64,000 bases of DNA from assembly GCA_002633005.1 (NCBI GenBank), contig NMRA01000531.1, positions 140,590 through 204,589 of the forward strand, given 5' to 3'. The position numbers were made by a program, and so were the translations under genes. This stretch comes from Phoronis australis (taxonomy: Eukaryota > Animalia > Phoronida). Positions 52,953-64,000 of the stretch are shown piece by piece; within the stretch, counting starts at the first letter, position 1; each line of letters starts with the position of its first letter. The notes beneath the pieces are model-generated. The model was given only the letters and a program-made list of their open reading frames with translations, did not search any database and had not been told where the DNA came from.

Positions 52953-54510
52953 CTATAGGCAATTCATACTCTGGAAGCTTTTCGGCAAATTATGCCTCAC
53001 ACTGATTAAAGCAGTCCATCGTTCAGTTGCCCAAATCAGCAACAGACCATTTTTAACAGGGAGCGTAGCATTGCATCCCGGGTTTTATGCGTCCCGGGTA
53101 CTATGTGTCCTTGGTTCTATGTATCCTGGGTTCTATGTATCCCGGGTTCTATGTGTCCCGGGTTCTATGTATCCCGGGTTCTATGTGTCCCGGGTTCTAT
53201 GTGTCCCGGGATCAATGTATACCGGGGTTCTATGTGTCTTGGTCTTTTGCTAAGCAGACGAGTGTGCAAGTTTTAGCTCTACAATCGGCATTTTAGATCC
53301 ATATAATTTTGAGGTGCTTTTTTGAACCTGATATAGGGCAAAAACAAATTGACAAGTTCTAAAAGTAATGTGTTTTTTTAATGCATCATCATCGGATCCT
53401 AGACAAGCAATGCACCCTGGAATTTTCGAATGCAAGTTGGATCTTGAAAATGCGCCTTTAGTTTACGAGATTTTGGTTAGATCGCAAACTATGATCTTAT
53501 GTCGATTTTCTTGGCTGGTCGAGCGCTGACCAGGACACATAGAACACGATGTGAAAGTAGCCATTGTCCCCCTGGAGAAATTGTCCTTGAATGAAGCATA
53601 AGGGTACTCCACTGAATAACGAGCCCGTATGCTGCCATTCAAATACATGCAGTTAGGACAAACTCTACAGGGAGACAATCACAACTAGGCCTACCATACT
53701 AGGACACACAGAACACGGGATACATAGATCCCCATCCAATGCACAGAAAACTGGATACATAAAACCCGGAACACATAGAACCCTGATATGCATAAAACGG
53801 GACACATAGAACGCTGACACATCGGGATAACCCTTTTTTAACACTGCACATGCCACGAGATATTGACGCAGAATGTGATATTGTGTTTTTGCTTCATTTA
53901 GTTTAGTCATCACATTACATCACTTACTGTTGTTGTTTACTACCACTTTCTCCGCATGCAGAAGATGAGTAATACTTTCTATTCCTAGAACTGTATATTT
54001 ATCAGCATAGTCACAGTGCATCCTTTATTTGTTCATTTGTTTGATTGGTTAATTCATGTTTCTATGGTCTCTGTCTCTATATATATATATATATCACTTT
54101 CACTTATAACTTCAGTAGTAGTATCAGTAGCTTCAGTAGTATGAGTTGATTAGTAGTTTGTTCTCCGCATTGAGAGTTGTTCTCATCATTCGTTGACAGT
54201 CTTCAATGTACTAGTCAAGATTCATCTCATACACAGCCAAACCGCATTTTCAAGTGTACTCCCCACAATATGACCTCATAACTCATGGCACGTGCAGTGC
54301 TAAAAATGGCCCGCTGCAGATTTGGGCAACTGAACAAAGCAGGACTGTTTGAAAAAAGTTTGATTACAGGAGTAGCTGTTGGAGTTGGAAGGAATTGTAA
54401 GACATGGAGGGCCTAGCCTAGGTGTCCCTCTATGCACAAAAGGTACTAATAACAACATGACTTGATGGTTTAATCACTGTGAGGCTTAATTCGCTGAAAA
54501 ACCAATAGGA
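52953..54510. mobile_element. 'ctatag' MITE copy in CHORDC1 intron 1
   Basis: Left arm 52953-53058 plus 53844-53870 is inverted relative to the right arm ~54270-54510. Shares ggaagcttttcggcRaattatgcctc with 32111. Confidence 0.7.
53059..53834. mobile_element. Foldback/MULE-like element with 16-bp minisatellite TIRs and 9-bp TSD
   Basis: TSD tttttaaca at 53050-53058 and 53835-53843. GGG...CCC ends. (cccgggttctatgtRt)~10 at 53075-53243 with an inverted degenerate array at 53700-53830. Confidence 0.75.
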
Positions 54511-54702
54511 GCTTCACCGTAAGGCGTAAAGGCCAGTAGCAGTACAGTACAACAGACGTTGTCGTTGGTCGCTGACAATGTCTAATTGACAAGACGAACA
54601 ACAGCACAATTAAGTCAATGAAAACAGATATTAGACACAGGCGTCTCCTCACCCACAATTTCGTTGGTACAAAAACATGATTAATATGCGTTAAAATCCT
54701 AC

Positions 54703-54766
54703 CATCGGAGTTACTATCAGGGTCAAATTTCTGTCCACAACCTTTATTGTAGCACTGTAGTGACAT
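54703..54766 (-). CDS. CHORDC1: CHORD domain-containing Hsp90 co-chaperone, exon 1
   Basis: MSLQCYNKGCGQKFDPDSNSD, the start of CHORD1. gtagga donor, phase 1. Confidence 0.94.
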
Positions 54767-54790
54767 TTCTAGCAAGCGAGAGTGAGACTA

Positions 54791-55204
54791 ATCTGCTGTG
54801 TGTGAACTTGAAATCCTGCTTAATCTCAAGATTGCGTATACGTGAACTTGGACTTCAGGATTTCATTAAGGCAATCAGGTGATTTTTGTTCATTGTGAAG
54901 AATTTTTGTAATTAATTGGCCTGACGATCACCCATTTTCTCGTTTACCGTAACTTGTGTCGCAGAATCGGAGGATGGTTAAATCAATTATTATTTGGTGA
55001 ATAAGATCGTCAATTGTTGAAAAAGGTTGGTTGAAATTTACTTACTTTATTTATATGTAATTTGATTCAGTGCAGTGCAAATTTTTGTCAACTTGAAGTA
55101 AACGTGATCATTTGAGTGAACTAGTCAAGTTTCCTCAGGTTTTCCAAGCTCACGTATACTCGATCTTGAGATTAAACAGGATTCCAAGTTCACGCACAGC
55201 AAAT
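54791..55204. mobile_element. MITE with ~65-bp imperfect TIRs immediately upstream of the CHORDC1 ATG
   Basis: gctgtgtgtgaacttgaaatcctgcttaatctcaagat... is inverted relative to ...atcttgagattaaacaggattccaagttcacgcacagc. No clear TSD. Confidence 0.7.
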
Positions 55205-55206
55205 GT

Positions 55207-55221
55207 GTTCGCGAATTTTCC
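55207..55221. promoter_or_regulatory. Heat-shock element (three-unit HSE) upstream of CHORDC1
   Basis: gTTCgcGAAttTTCc is a perfect nTTCnnGAAnnTTCn. CHORDC1 is heat-inducible in mammals. Confidence 0.65.
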
Positions 55222-56314
55222 ACAACGAACCACAAAATTATTTAAAAATTATTGAAATACAATGTGTGAGTATTTAAAATATATGTAAAATTAACCATTT
55301 GATTTCCATAAAAACTAAAAAGCATAGAAGTACTGAAACAATGCATTTTTTTAATGAAAAGGGGTCATCTTTTCCTGTCAGTACCACGTGACCAGCATCT
55401 CAAAAATTGGCAAACGCCCGCAGTTTGATGTGATTTTGACTCTCATGTCAAGATATTTATGATAAATGGTTGATAGTATGAAATAGTATTAACATGGGTA
55501 GGTACTTGATTGATCGTTTTCGTTTTTTGTGTGTCCACGATTCAGTACTGTTGATGTAGTGATTAAGTGACATAAAGTTTCTGAACAATTTAAAAGTGGG
55601 TCGGCCGGAAATTTCCGACTTGATCGTGACAGACGATCGAAAATTCAAGTGTTCAACAAGATGTGTTTATGAACTCCCTGGTGCCTTCTTGAATGCTCAT
55701 CTTTCACAATGTAAAGTAAAGCCATTGAATTTCGTAATTGTTTGTCATGATAATTGAATCGAATTTGAAATATGCTCAATCAAAACAGCACTGTTTGTGA
55801 CTGAGATCTTGACTAAACTCGGTTGTTTATGATTCACTTCACAAAACAGGTGCCCATTTCCTTCTCTTGAAACATTCTTCAATGTTACACTGTGTTATGC
55901 CATTCTTGCCCTGCCTGCCACATACCACAGGGACGATGTTCAACACTAAACATGGTTCAAAAACAATAACCAAACTTAATTCCAACATTGAACCTCAGCT
56001 TCAGAACAAAATGGGAAAATCGAATTGTCTATTTACTGTTGTGATCATCAGTTCTGTTTAATAGAGCAACTTTCTGACCTGTATTTTGTATAACAAAAGC
56101 CTTATTATTTATACAATCGGAAACTGACTACAGTGATCTAAACTTGTCAGTGACTTGGGTGAAATTTTGTCATATTTGGAGTTGGAAATGTCTCTGATTG
56201 TACAATTTGCGTAAACTTTTGCACGGTCTTCCAGGGTTCTCACTCACTTGAGGGAAAGCTGTGTAAGGGCTTTCTGAGAGATCAATTCATTGGTTGAGGG
56301 CAAATTCCTCCTGT

Positions 56315-57127
56315 GTCCACCATCCCCTTTTACAAGCTCGTTGGCAATGCCTCAGGACAGTTGTTACAACTGTGTAAAAATGATTCTAACCTTGGGAGGA
56401 ATTTTTAATCATTGGAGGAGAACTAATAAAGGGAAATTTGCATGATTTTTAGATATTTTTATAGAGGGGGGAGGAGGGGGTTTCAGAGTGAATGGGAAAG
56501 GGCGACAGTTGTGGAACTTACGTCAAGAAAAAATATGCCAGTCAAATGGTTGTGGAAGTCATGTCGCAGTTGTTTACAGTTGCATTAGATTCCCCTGGGA
56601 TTTTTTTCTGATAGACTCGATATATATGCAACTATCGTAAGCTTTTTGTCTTGTGTTCAGATTATATAAAAAGTTTAGGAAACACTGTAGCTATTACATA
56701 AATGAGAAATACAATATTCANGTCCACCATCCCCTTTTACAAGCTCGTTGGCAATGCCTCAGGACAGTTGTTACAACTGTGTAGAAATGATTCTAACCTT
56801 GGGAGGAATTTTTAATCATTGGAGGAGAACTAATAAAGGGAAATTTGCATGATTTTTAGATATTTTTATAGAGGGGAGAGGAGGGGGTTTCAGAGTGAAT
56901 GGGAAAGGGCGACAGTTGTGGAACTTACATCAAGAAAAAATATGCCAGTCAAATGGTTGTGGAAGTCATGTCGCAGTTGTTTACAGTTGCATTAGATTCC
57001 CCTGGGATTTTTTTCTGATAGACTCGATATATATGCAACTATCGTAAGCTTTTTGTCTTGTGTTCAGATTATATAAAAAGTTTAGGAAACACTGTAGCTA
57101 TTACATAGATGAGAAATACAATATTCA
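56315..57127. repeat. 406-bp direct duplication either side of a single N (probable assembly overlap)
   Basis: 56315-56720 is nearly identical to 56722-57127, joined by n at 56721. Confidence 0.85.
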
Positions 57128-57657
57128 CTAAGTAGCTCTAATGAATAATGGTCTGTCTATTTGATGTCTGAATTGATTTCAGAATGCAGAAAGTAATTCA
57201 TCAGCATGGAGATGTCCGTGTGATATAAATCTCATTACTCAAATGCAGGATATTTCAAAAAAGCCTCATTTCACCTGCGACACTTAATAAATTTTTAAGT
57301 TTCCCAGTGAATGGGAAAGAATTATGAAGGGCGACAGTTGGGGAACTTACATTAAGAAAAATTTGCTGGTCAATTGGTTGTGGAAGTCATGTTGTAGTTG
57401 TTTACAGTTCCATTAAATTTGCCTACCTACAACTGTCCTGGTTGTCATTGAAATTCCTTCTAAAGTAAGTGGTAACAAAAATGTCTTACTTCCTTTATCC
57501 ATGGGATGTCGCTTAGAAGTTGTTAATACCAGCCTCCTTCTCACTTCCGTGCTAAAGCATTAATATCTAAAATAGAACAGTGTTTTCATAAATCTAGAGA
57601 ACAAGTTGATGTATGTTCAATGGAACCTGAAATGTATTTGATGGCATTGCACCTGTA

Positions 57658-58132
57658 CCAATTCAAGGTACCTAAACTACACGGATAACGAATTCATAAA
57701 CACGGTCACGGATGCATGAACTCGACTCACGTACCTGCAAACACCGTTCACTGACTCACAAACACAGGAACGGACTCATAAAACACGATCCATTCACCCA
57801 AATGCAAGGGACACGGACTCACATTCACGAAGAAACAACGAACCGCCAAACACGGTTCACTCTGATAAAGCATTCCATAAACACGGGTCACGGACTCATT
57901 GGCTTCCTGGGTCAGCTGACATCTACATTTTGTCGGTAAACCGTGTTTGGCGGTCCGTTAACCGTGTCTCTTCGTGAATGTGAGTCCGTGTCCCGTGTGT
58001 TTCGGTGAATGGGTCGTGTTCTGTGAGTCCGTTCCCATATTTGTGAGTCAGTGAACGTTGTTTGCACGTATGTGAGTTGTGTTCATGTGTCTGTGACCGT
58101 GTTTATCTGTAGTTTAGGTACCTTGCAATTGG
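57658..58132. mobile_element. Palindromic foldback MITE
   Basis: ~200-bp imperfect inverted arms (caaggtacctaaactac... / ...gtagtttaggtaccttg) built from acacggactca-like subrepeats. Confidence 0.8.
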
Positions 58133-60094
58133 TTTATGTTTGGGATGTCCAGTCCTGGCGGCCACAAAGGCCTGATAGGGTTCTGAGCCACTGGCTGGGA
58201 TAATGAGCATTTTGTGTGTTTAGAACTGAAAAAAATTGCAAGTCTAAAACTACAACACACAGTTATGTTCTCCTGTCTGTATTTCATGGAAGAATGATTC
58301 AATTTTTTCACCAAACACCCAGACTCGTGGGATTGACCATGGCAAATTGGCCTACCAAACTCTGCATGTAGGCTACGGTACGTTCAAATGCATATAAATT
58401 CATAATAGTGAAATAAAACAACCCGTTTGTTCAAGAACTCTACATATCTGTAAGGGTTTTAAATCGAATTTTGATGATTTATTGGTGTAAAATGATGAAT
58501 TCAAGCGATAAGTTGACACCAGTAAGCGTGTTGTGAATGACTGATCAGACTACGTTCGAACCGATTACATCATTTGTTAATTTCAACACCATCTGTCGGC
58601 AGGTGTCAGGTAAAACGACTGAACTTGCTGTTATCGAGTGGAACTACTCGATCTAAATTGATACAAAATAGGTTGTTTTTTGGGTGGCGTTCTCCTTTAA
58701 ACTTAGCAACTGTGTTGACAGTTTTATTTTGTTTAGCCAAATATGTACTGAAGTATAAAATTTAACTTTAAAGTTCATATTGTCTGAAGTTTTAAACCCT
58801 GTAAAGTTTCATTTTCAACTTCAATACAAATCTCCGATTAGATGTTACCTTTAGTCCTGTTTTGATAGGCCCTTGTACAAAAGTGGAGCATTGCTTTTTA
58901 ATAAAGTAAAGGTTAGTGTCTGCAAGTTTTATTTGAATCGACTTCGCCGTTTCTGAGATAAAGTGTTCCAAAGTTAGCCAAATTTGGATATTTTTGTAGG
59001 TTTACACAAAGCTTGATATCGTTTTCATGATAAAGTCATTGAATTTCCAAGCAAGCAATGACTGGCTTCTGAAACTTTGTATCTATGCGGAAATGAGATT
59101 AGCCTTGGCTGGAATTTAGATATGGTCATTATGGCATCGCTAGTTTAGTATTCAATATCAATAACTTGCCATGTAGTAGTTAAGGTGGCCAGCTCTATTT
59201 AAAAGACTGTACTGGAATCACACAGTACATCCCACCAACCCCGCTTTTATCGATGCCTCCATTCAACGGTATGGGACAGGGTGCTCAGGGCAGGACAAGG
59301 GTAGGATTGTCTGGGAAAACCACTTTTTAGGTATGCACAAGTTGCTAAGGAGTCTACTTGCCTGGCAGAACACGGACAGGGTATGTCCTTTGGCTTTGTA
59401 CAAACTACAACAAGTGCTTGAACTCCGTATACGAAATCCCAACTGAGCAACAGCAAAGTTGATTGAGAACCAATAAGCATGTTCCAAATTTACTGTTTAT
59501 CAAGATTTCCAATTAGTTAGCTCTACATGACTGTGTCAAGCACCTGTAGAGGCATATTCAACAGTCTTCTAGTTTCATACCTTATTGGCATTCTGAATTC
59601 ATGTTCTTGTCTTCAACAACATCTTTATTGAAATGTATAAAATGCAAAATAAATGTCATTATATAAAGCCAGTTGGTGTCAATTACAAATTGTACACATG
59701 TTTCTATGCATTTGGTTGTATTAAAAGTGTGAGCAACATTGGCGACTTTTTTAAATTACCAACAGCAGTTCTGGAAGCTGATTCGTTTAATTAAAAAGTC
59801 AGTTTTAAGAGACCATAAAGATATATGTTATGATAAACTTCATTGTAGAGGATAAACAGTTGATGGCAATGCTGATTTTAGTGGTGTAGATGAGATTTTC
59901 ACCCCGTTCCAAAACTTTTTGAAGTTTAGACTTTTCTCAAATGTAAAACGAAATTAAAACTTTCTAAAGTTGATGGTTTAGTCAAGTAAATTGTAGGTCA
60001 TTCTGGACACTACTCAGGTTACTGAAATGATGAGCCCTGCTGAAGACATCAAACACAAACTAAACTTATGATAATCCTGGATTGTAGGAACCGA

Positions 60095-60158
60095 CTGTTG
60101 ACACATTCGACTGTTGACACATTCGCCTGTTGACACATTCGCCTGTTGACACATTCGC
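60095..60158. repeat. 16-bp tandem repeat x4
   Basis: ctgttgacacattcg(a/c). Confidence 0.9.
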
Positions 60159-60573
60159 CACAGACATAGACAGTTTTCAGATCATGATGTCATGTGGCTT
60201 GAATCTTCAACTTGGTGGTCTGTAGAACATGTTGATTGAGAGCTTAATTCGCATTGTCTTTGGTACAGTCCTTCTTGTATAATACTGCAAATAACTGATC
60301 TGTGTCTTACATTGCGGCAGCGAATTATTGTAGCAGCGTTAAACAGTCCACAGCAACATCAAAGTGTAAATTTTTGATGAAAATTTGGAGAATCGGTGAT
60401 TTTACATTTAGCAATATATACATTTAACAGTAATTACAAATTGTTTAAAATTGTACGTTAATTTTCGTTGGTTCCCACATACATTTCTTCAAATGCATCA
60501 GGTAAGTACCAAACATGCAAGGTCTTTGGGATTACTCCATATTACATGGCAAATCTTTATTGACCATTTTTAG

Positions 60574-61172
60574 GCCTAAGACTTTTCATTCCCACTGCTT
60601 TTAGTAGTGGTGAACATCGATTTCTCTTTAATGCGTTTGTTGATTCACTAGAAGTTTTGCCCGATTCTTTTATGGCAAAGGACTGTTGTCTCACTTTTTC
60701 TTGTACAACAGATATCACAGGGCACGATTTGGTGACCTACAAGGTCACCACTGCGACCTCAAATTTTCTTTTTGTCGACCTGGTAAAACTCCCAGTTCAC
60801 ACACACATCACATCTGAGTACACACTCAGTCTACTGCAGGAAGTATCTCTGTTGTTTGAGGGTGAATCGGAAATCTCAGGTATGGTTCTATGCATATTTA
60901 CAAGAAGAATTATGGAAAAGGTTCTCCAGTTTGAGACGGTGAAAAATAAAGTAATTAATTTCTGTGCTCGAGACTGGAGGTTGTATCAAATTTTAGACAT
61001 AGGTAATACTGGTTATCCAAATTCAAGAATCACCAGACAGACAGCAAAATTAACAGTGTCCAAAATTCTTGATTTATTGTGGTCCGATACAGGCTACAAA
61101 TGTTCCAATATGCCGTTTTTACTATGTAAAATGTCACCAGTCAGAAACATCATCGGGTTTGGTCTTGAGTGA
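60574..61172 (+). CDS. Unassigned ~200-codon open frame, candidate exon of an unknown gene
   Basis: Stop-free from 60564 to 61172 in AT-rich DNA. Preceded by a candidate 72-bp intron (gtaagt at 60502, ttttag at 60573). No motif recognised. Confidence 0.35.
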
Positions 61173-64000
61173 TTTGGTATGACAATTACAAACCAAAACC
61201 TTCATGTAAACGGGTAAACCACTATCCATGGTTTGAACCACTCATGGCGATCCAAGTATTGAACCCATGATAAAACGTCACAATGATGTTTCTACTAATT
61301 CTTAAAATGATCAACTAAGCAAACTTAATGGTGCAAAAACATATTTTTCATTTAAAGGTGTTCTGATTATCAAATTAGATATCCCTGACAACATTACTCA
61401 GTGGCACTGGTCAGTCCCGCTGCTTGCACACTAGGTCCTGGTAGATGATGGAAACTTAAAAATGCCAAGTAACCACCTGTCTGAATGTTCAGCTCTTATG
61501 GCAAAAACAACATACAGGGTAATGGCAACCCTGCTAATGGCCAAATGACAACCACGACTTGGCGCAGAATTGTTGCGTCGGTGTCTTATTTCCAGCAACT
61601 TTATGAAACAAAATGTTATGTCCTAAATTTGAAAAATATGATAACACCAAAATTGCTTCTGTCCCAATCTTTTTAGGTTCAAGGAACAGTTTCTGTTGGA
61701 ATATCGCTTTCTCAAATTCATCAGAGACTGTCTTAGAATTTTTACTGTAGAGTCCAATCACTAAGTGAGATTACAGTTAGATTGTAATACCATAGTCATA
61801 AATGAATCCTGTCAGCACTTGGCAGACATCTACATCACAGTAGTAGTATCATGAGTCATTTTGTTTGACTATAGCCCTCTATTATGACCTAGATGCTGTC
61901 CACTAGCAATTTTTAGAGATTGAACATCAACAAATTGCTGCTAGTCACTGATTGTTGATAACTTTCTTCCCAATGTAACATCAAAGATATACTGTATCTT
62001 TGTAACATGCAATATTATGGTAATGTGACACTTGTTTTGTTGAATTTTTGTTGGCAAAGGTACACATCAACAAAATTGTGAGTTTGACCTACTTTTCGAA
62101 AGGCTGACATGCTTCAGAATGGAGTAGTTTTTGTAAAGAATGGTTTTTGGGACATGACTTGAGCTTTTCAATTTTTATGTATACATTGCAACTCAAGAGT
62201 ATGGGTATCAGAATGACAACTGGCAAATTTAAGCTTAAAAGAGTATAAATTACTTAGAATCTTGGTAAGAATTATTAGTCTTCTTGCATGATATTGGACA
62301 CATCACCTGATCAGTGGTCTAACAAGATCCCTCTTCTGGCCAGGGGTTCAAATCTGTGATATTCTCCTTATTGTACAAACACTAGTCCGCTACGGTATCG
62401 TGACAACCAGTCGATGGCTTGAATTCAATCAGACTCAGTTGGAGACATCTTACGTGGCCATAGATATAAAAGCTATCTTGTGCTGTTCTAAATCGTGATA
62501 TGACCAACACATGGCGTGTAAGAAGTCTTACTAACTGTCATTCTCTACTTATTTTGTGTAAAAATAATTGCCAAAATGGCCTTTTTCCCATTTTGTCAAG
62601 TGCTGGTTACATTACTGCAAAAAGTTGATTTCAACATCAGTACCAACTATGATGGTTACAGACTAAAATTTTCTGAATCTATTTTTGTGGAGAAATTTGA
62701 CTAAACGGAATTTCACTTGTCAGTCATGCTGTTTGCTAAATCTGAAAAATTACCCTTTACCATATCAACAGGTTTATTTATAACAGCACAAATAAACGTT
62801 CAAGCCAAATGCCCTAATGTTGTGGCATAGAACCAGAAAAGGTGCTGGGGTTTTCCAGAAAGTCTCCATGCCTTGTTAGCTTTGTAGCCTGGCTATCGGC
62901 CTTTGAACTAATAAAAATGACAAACTTGTCTATTGTTCCTGGGTGAAATTAGTTAATAATTACTTTAGTTATATTGAGCATGACAATGTGTACTATGTGA
63001 TGTAGCGACATTGACTGTAAACTTTGCTATCTGCATGATGTTCAGCTCTGCCAGGCAGGTGATTGTTGGTATCACTGTCAAAATGTAGACTGTGGTCAGA
63101 AGTCGCTCCTTTCTGGGTCATGCACAGTGAAACCCTCCTATCATTATTGTCTTGACCTGGTTGAGGAGTGCTATGGTTCTGTTGCCCCCATTTAAAGGTT
63201 GGATCAGTAATTTATGTCTTTTATGGGATAATCTAACAGTGCTTGTGAGTTGACAAATCTTTGGATTTGGCCAAACCTGTACAAAACTATAAATTTTAAC
63301 TCTGTAAAAGTATGTATATCTCAAAAACTTACTGTTACTGTGTTTTACAATATTTTCTTTTCTTTTCATGCAACTTGGAGCATTTTGGAGAAGAATGCAT
63401 CAAGCACAGTATCTGAAAGTTTCACATTAATATGATGAGCCATCTCTGAGATATGGTGTTGTGAAGTTAGCCAAATTTGGGCGTTCTTTTGGGGCCTACG
63501 TAACCTAAGAGTAGACAAAAATGTTCAAATGCTATTTGAACAGAGATTTTTATCTTACGAGCATAGCTTATTAAAAGTTGGTTTTGAAACTTAAATAAAT
63601 TCCAAGGCACTCATGTTTATGTAAAGTAGCAAGTTAGAAGCAACAATTCTATCAATGTTTACCAACGGTGATGTTATTATGCACATTGGCACAGGTTAGA
63701 TGAGCTATTGTGAACTCTGAAGCATGTTAAATGGAGTGAGCGCCCGCGAGCGATTTGAGCGCCCTCATCTTGAACAGCTGTGTTTACGTTAGCGCTCGTA
63801 AGTGCTCGCAAACAACCTCGAGAGCATGTTCGCTTAGATTTCCAAGATGGCGTCCTGCCGCGAAGGCTTCACGTCTGCAACATATGAACCCATTATGGTT
63901 CTGCAACACGAAAACTAAACTCAAAAGTTGACCGACTCGTCCGAAAGTGCGACTTAAATTGCGGGTCTCTGTAGCGAGGAACAGTTTCCTTGACGTAATT

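Noticed and set aside
53071-53296. Repetitive PGFYVSRVLC ORFs
   Set aside because: Translation of the 16-bp minisatellite.
56315-57127. Recent 406-bp tandem duplication as a biological event
   Set aside because: The copies meet exactly at a single N, which is typical of unmerged contig or haplotype overlap.
59200-59520. SINE-like fragments (also near 23340, 24750, 28470, 62310, 63140)
   Set aside because: Too degenerate to assign boundaries or family by eye.
63700-64000. Start of another gene at caagATGgcg (63847)
   Set aside because: The frame closes after 23 codons. The CpG-rich stretch could be a promoter or a repeat and cannot be resolved at the window edge.

Overview
AT-rich, intron-rich animal (invertebrate-like) genomic DNA with two N-gaps. 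I reconstructed three spliced genes by hand, all with GT-AG junctions in consistent phase. DOP1/DOPEY (minus strand) has 9 coding exons here, about 1,020 aa of its N-terminal part, and continues off the left edge. TIMM13 (plus, 3 exons, 93 aa) is head-to-head with DOP1. CHORDC1 (minus, 7 exons, 331 aa) is tail-to-tail with TIMM13. Introns and promoters carry many nested non-autonomous transposons. The most notable object is a 538-bp miniature LTR retrotransposon (TRIM) at 30737-31274. It has two 152-bp LTRs differing at one base, each containing a tRNA-like Pol III promoter (A and B boxes), plus a tRNA-Ser primer-binding site, a polypurine tract and a 4-bp target-site duplication. It sits inside a MITE family found next to the first exon of all three genes. 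Other observations: a heat-shock element separated from CHORDC1 by a MITE, a 38-bp duplication that created a new in-frame splice donor in CHORDC1, a decayed THAP-bearing DNA transposon, and an unassigned ~200-codon open frame near 60.6-61.2 kb. All calls come from reading the sequence; no searches were run.
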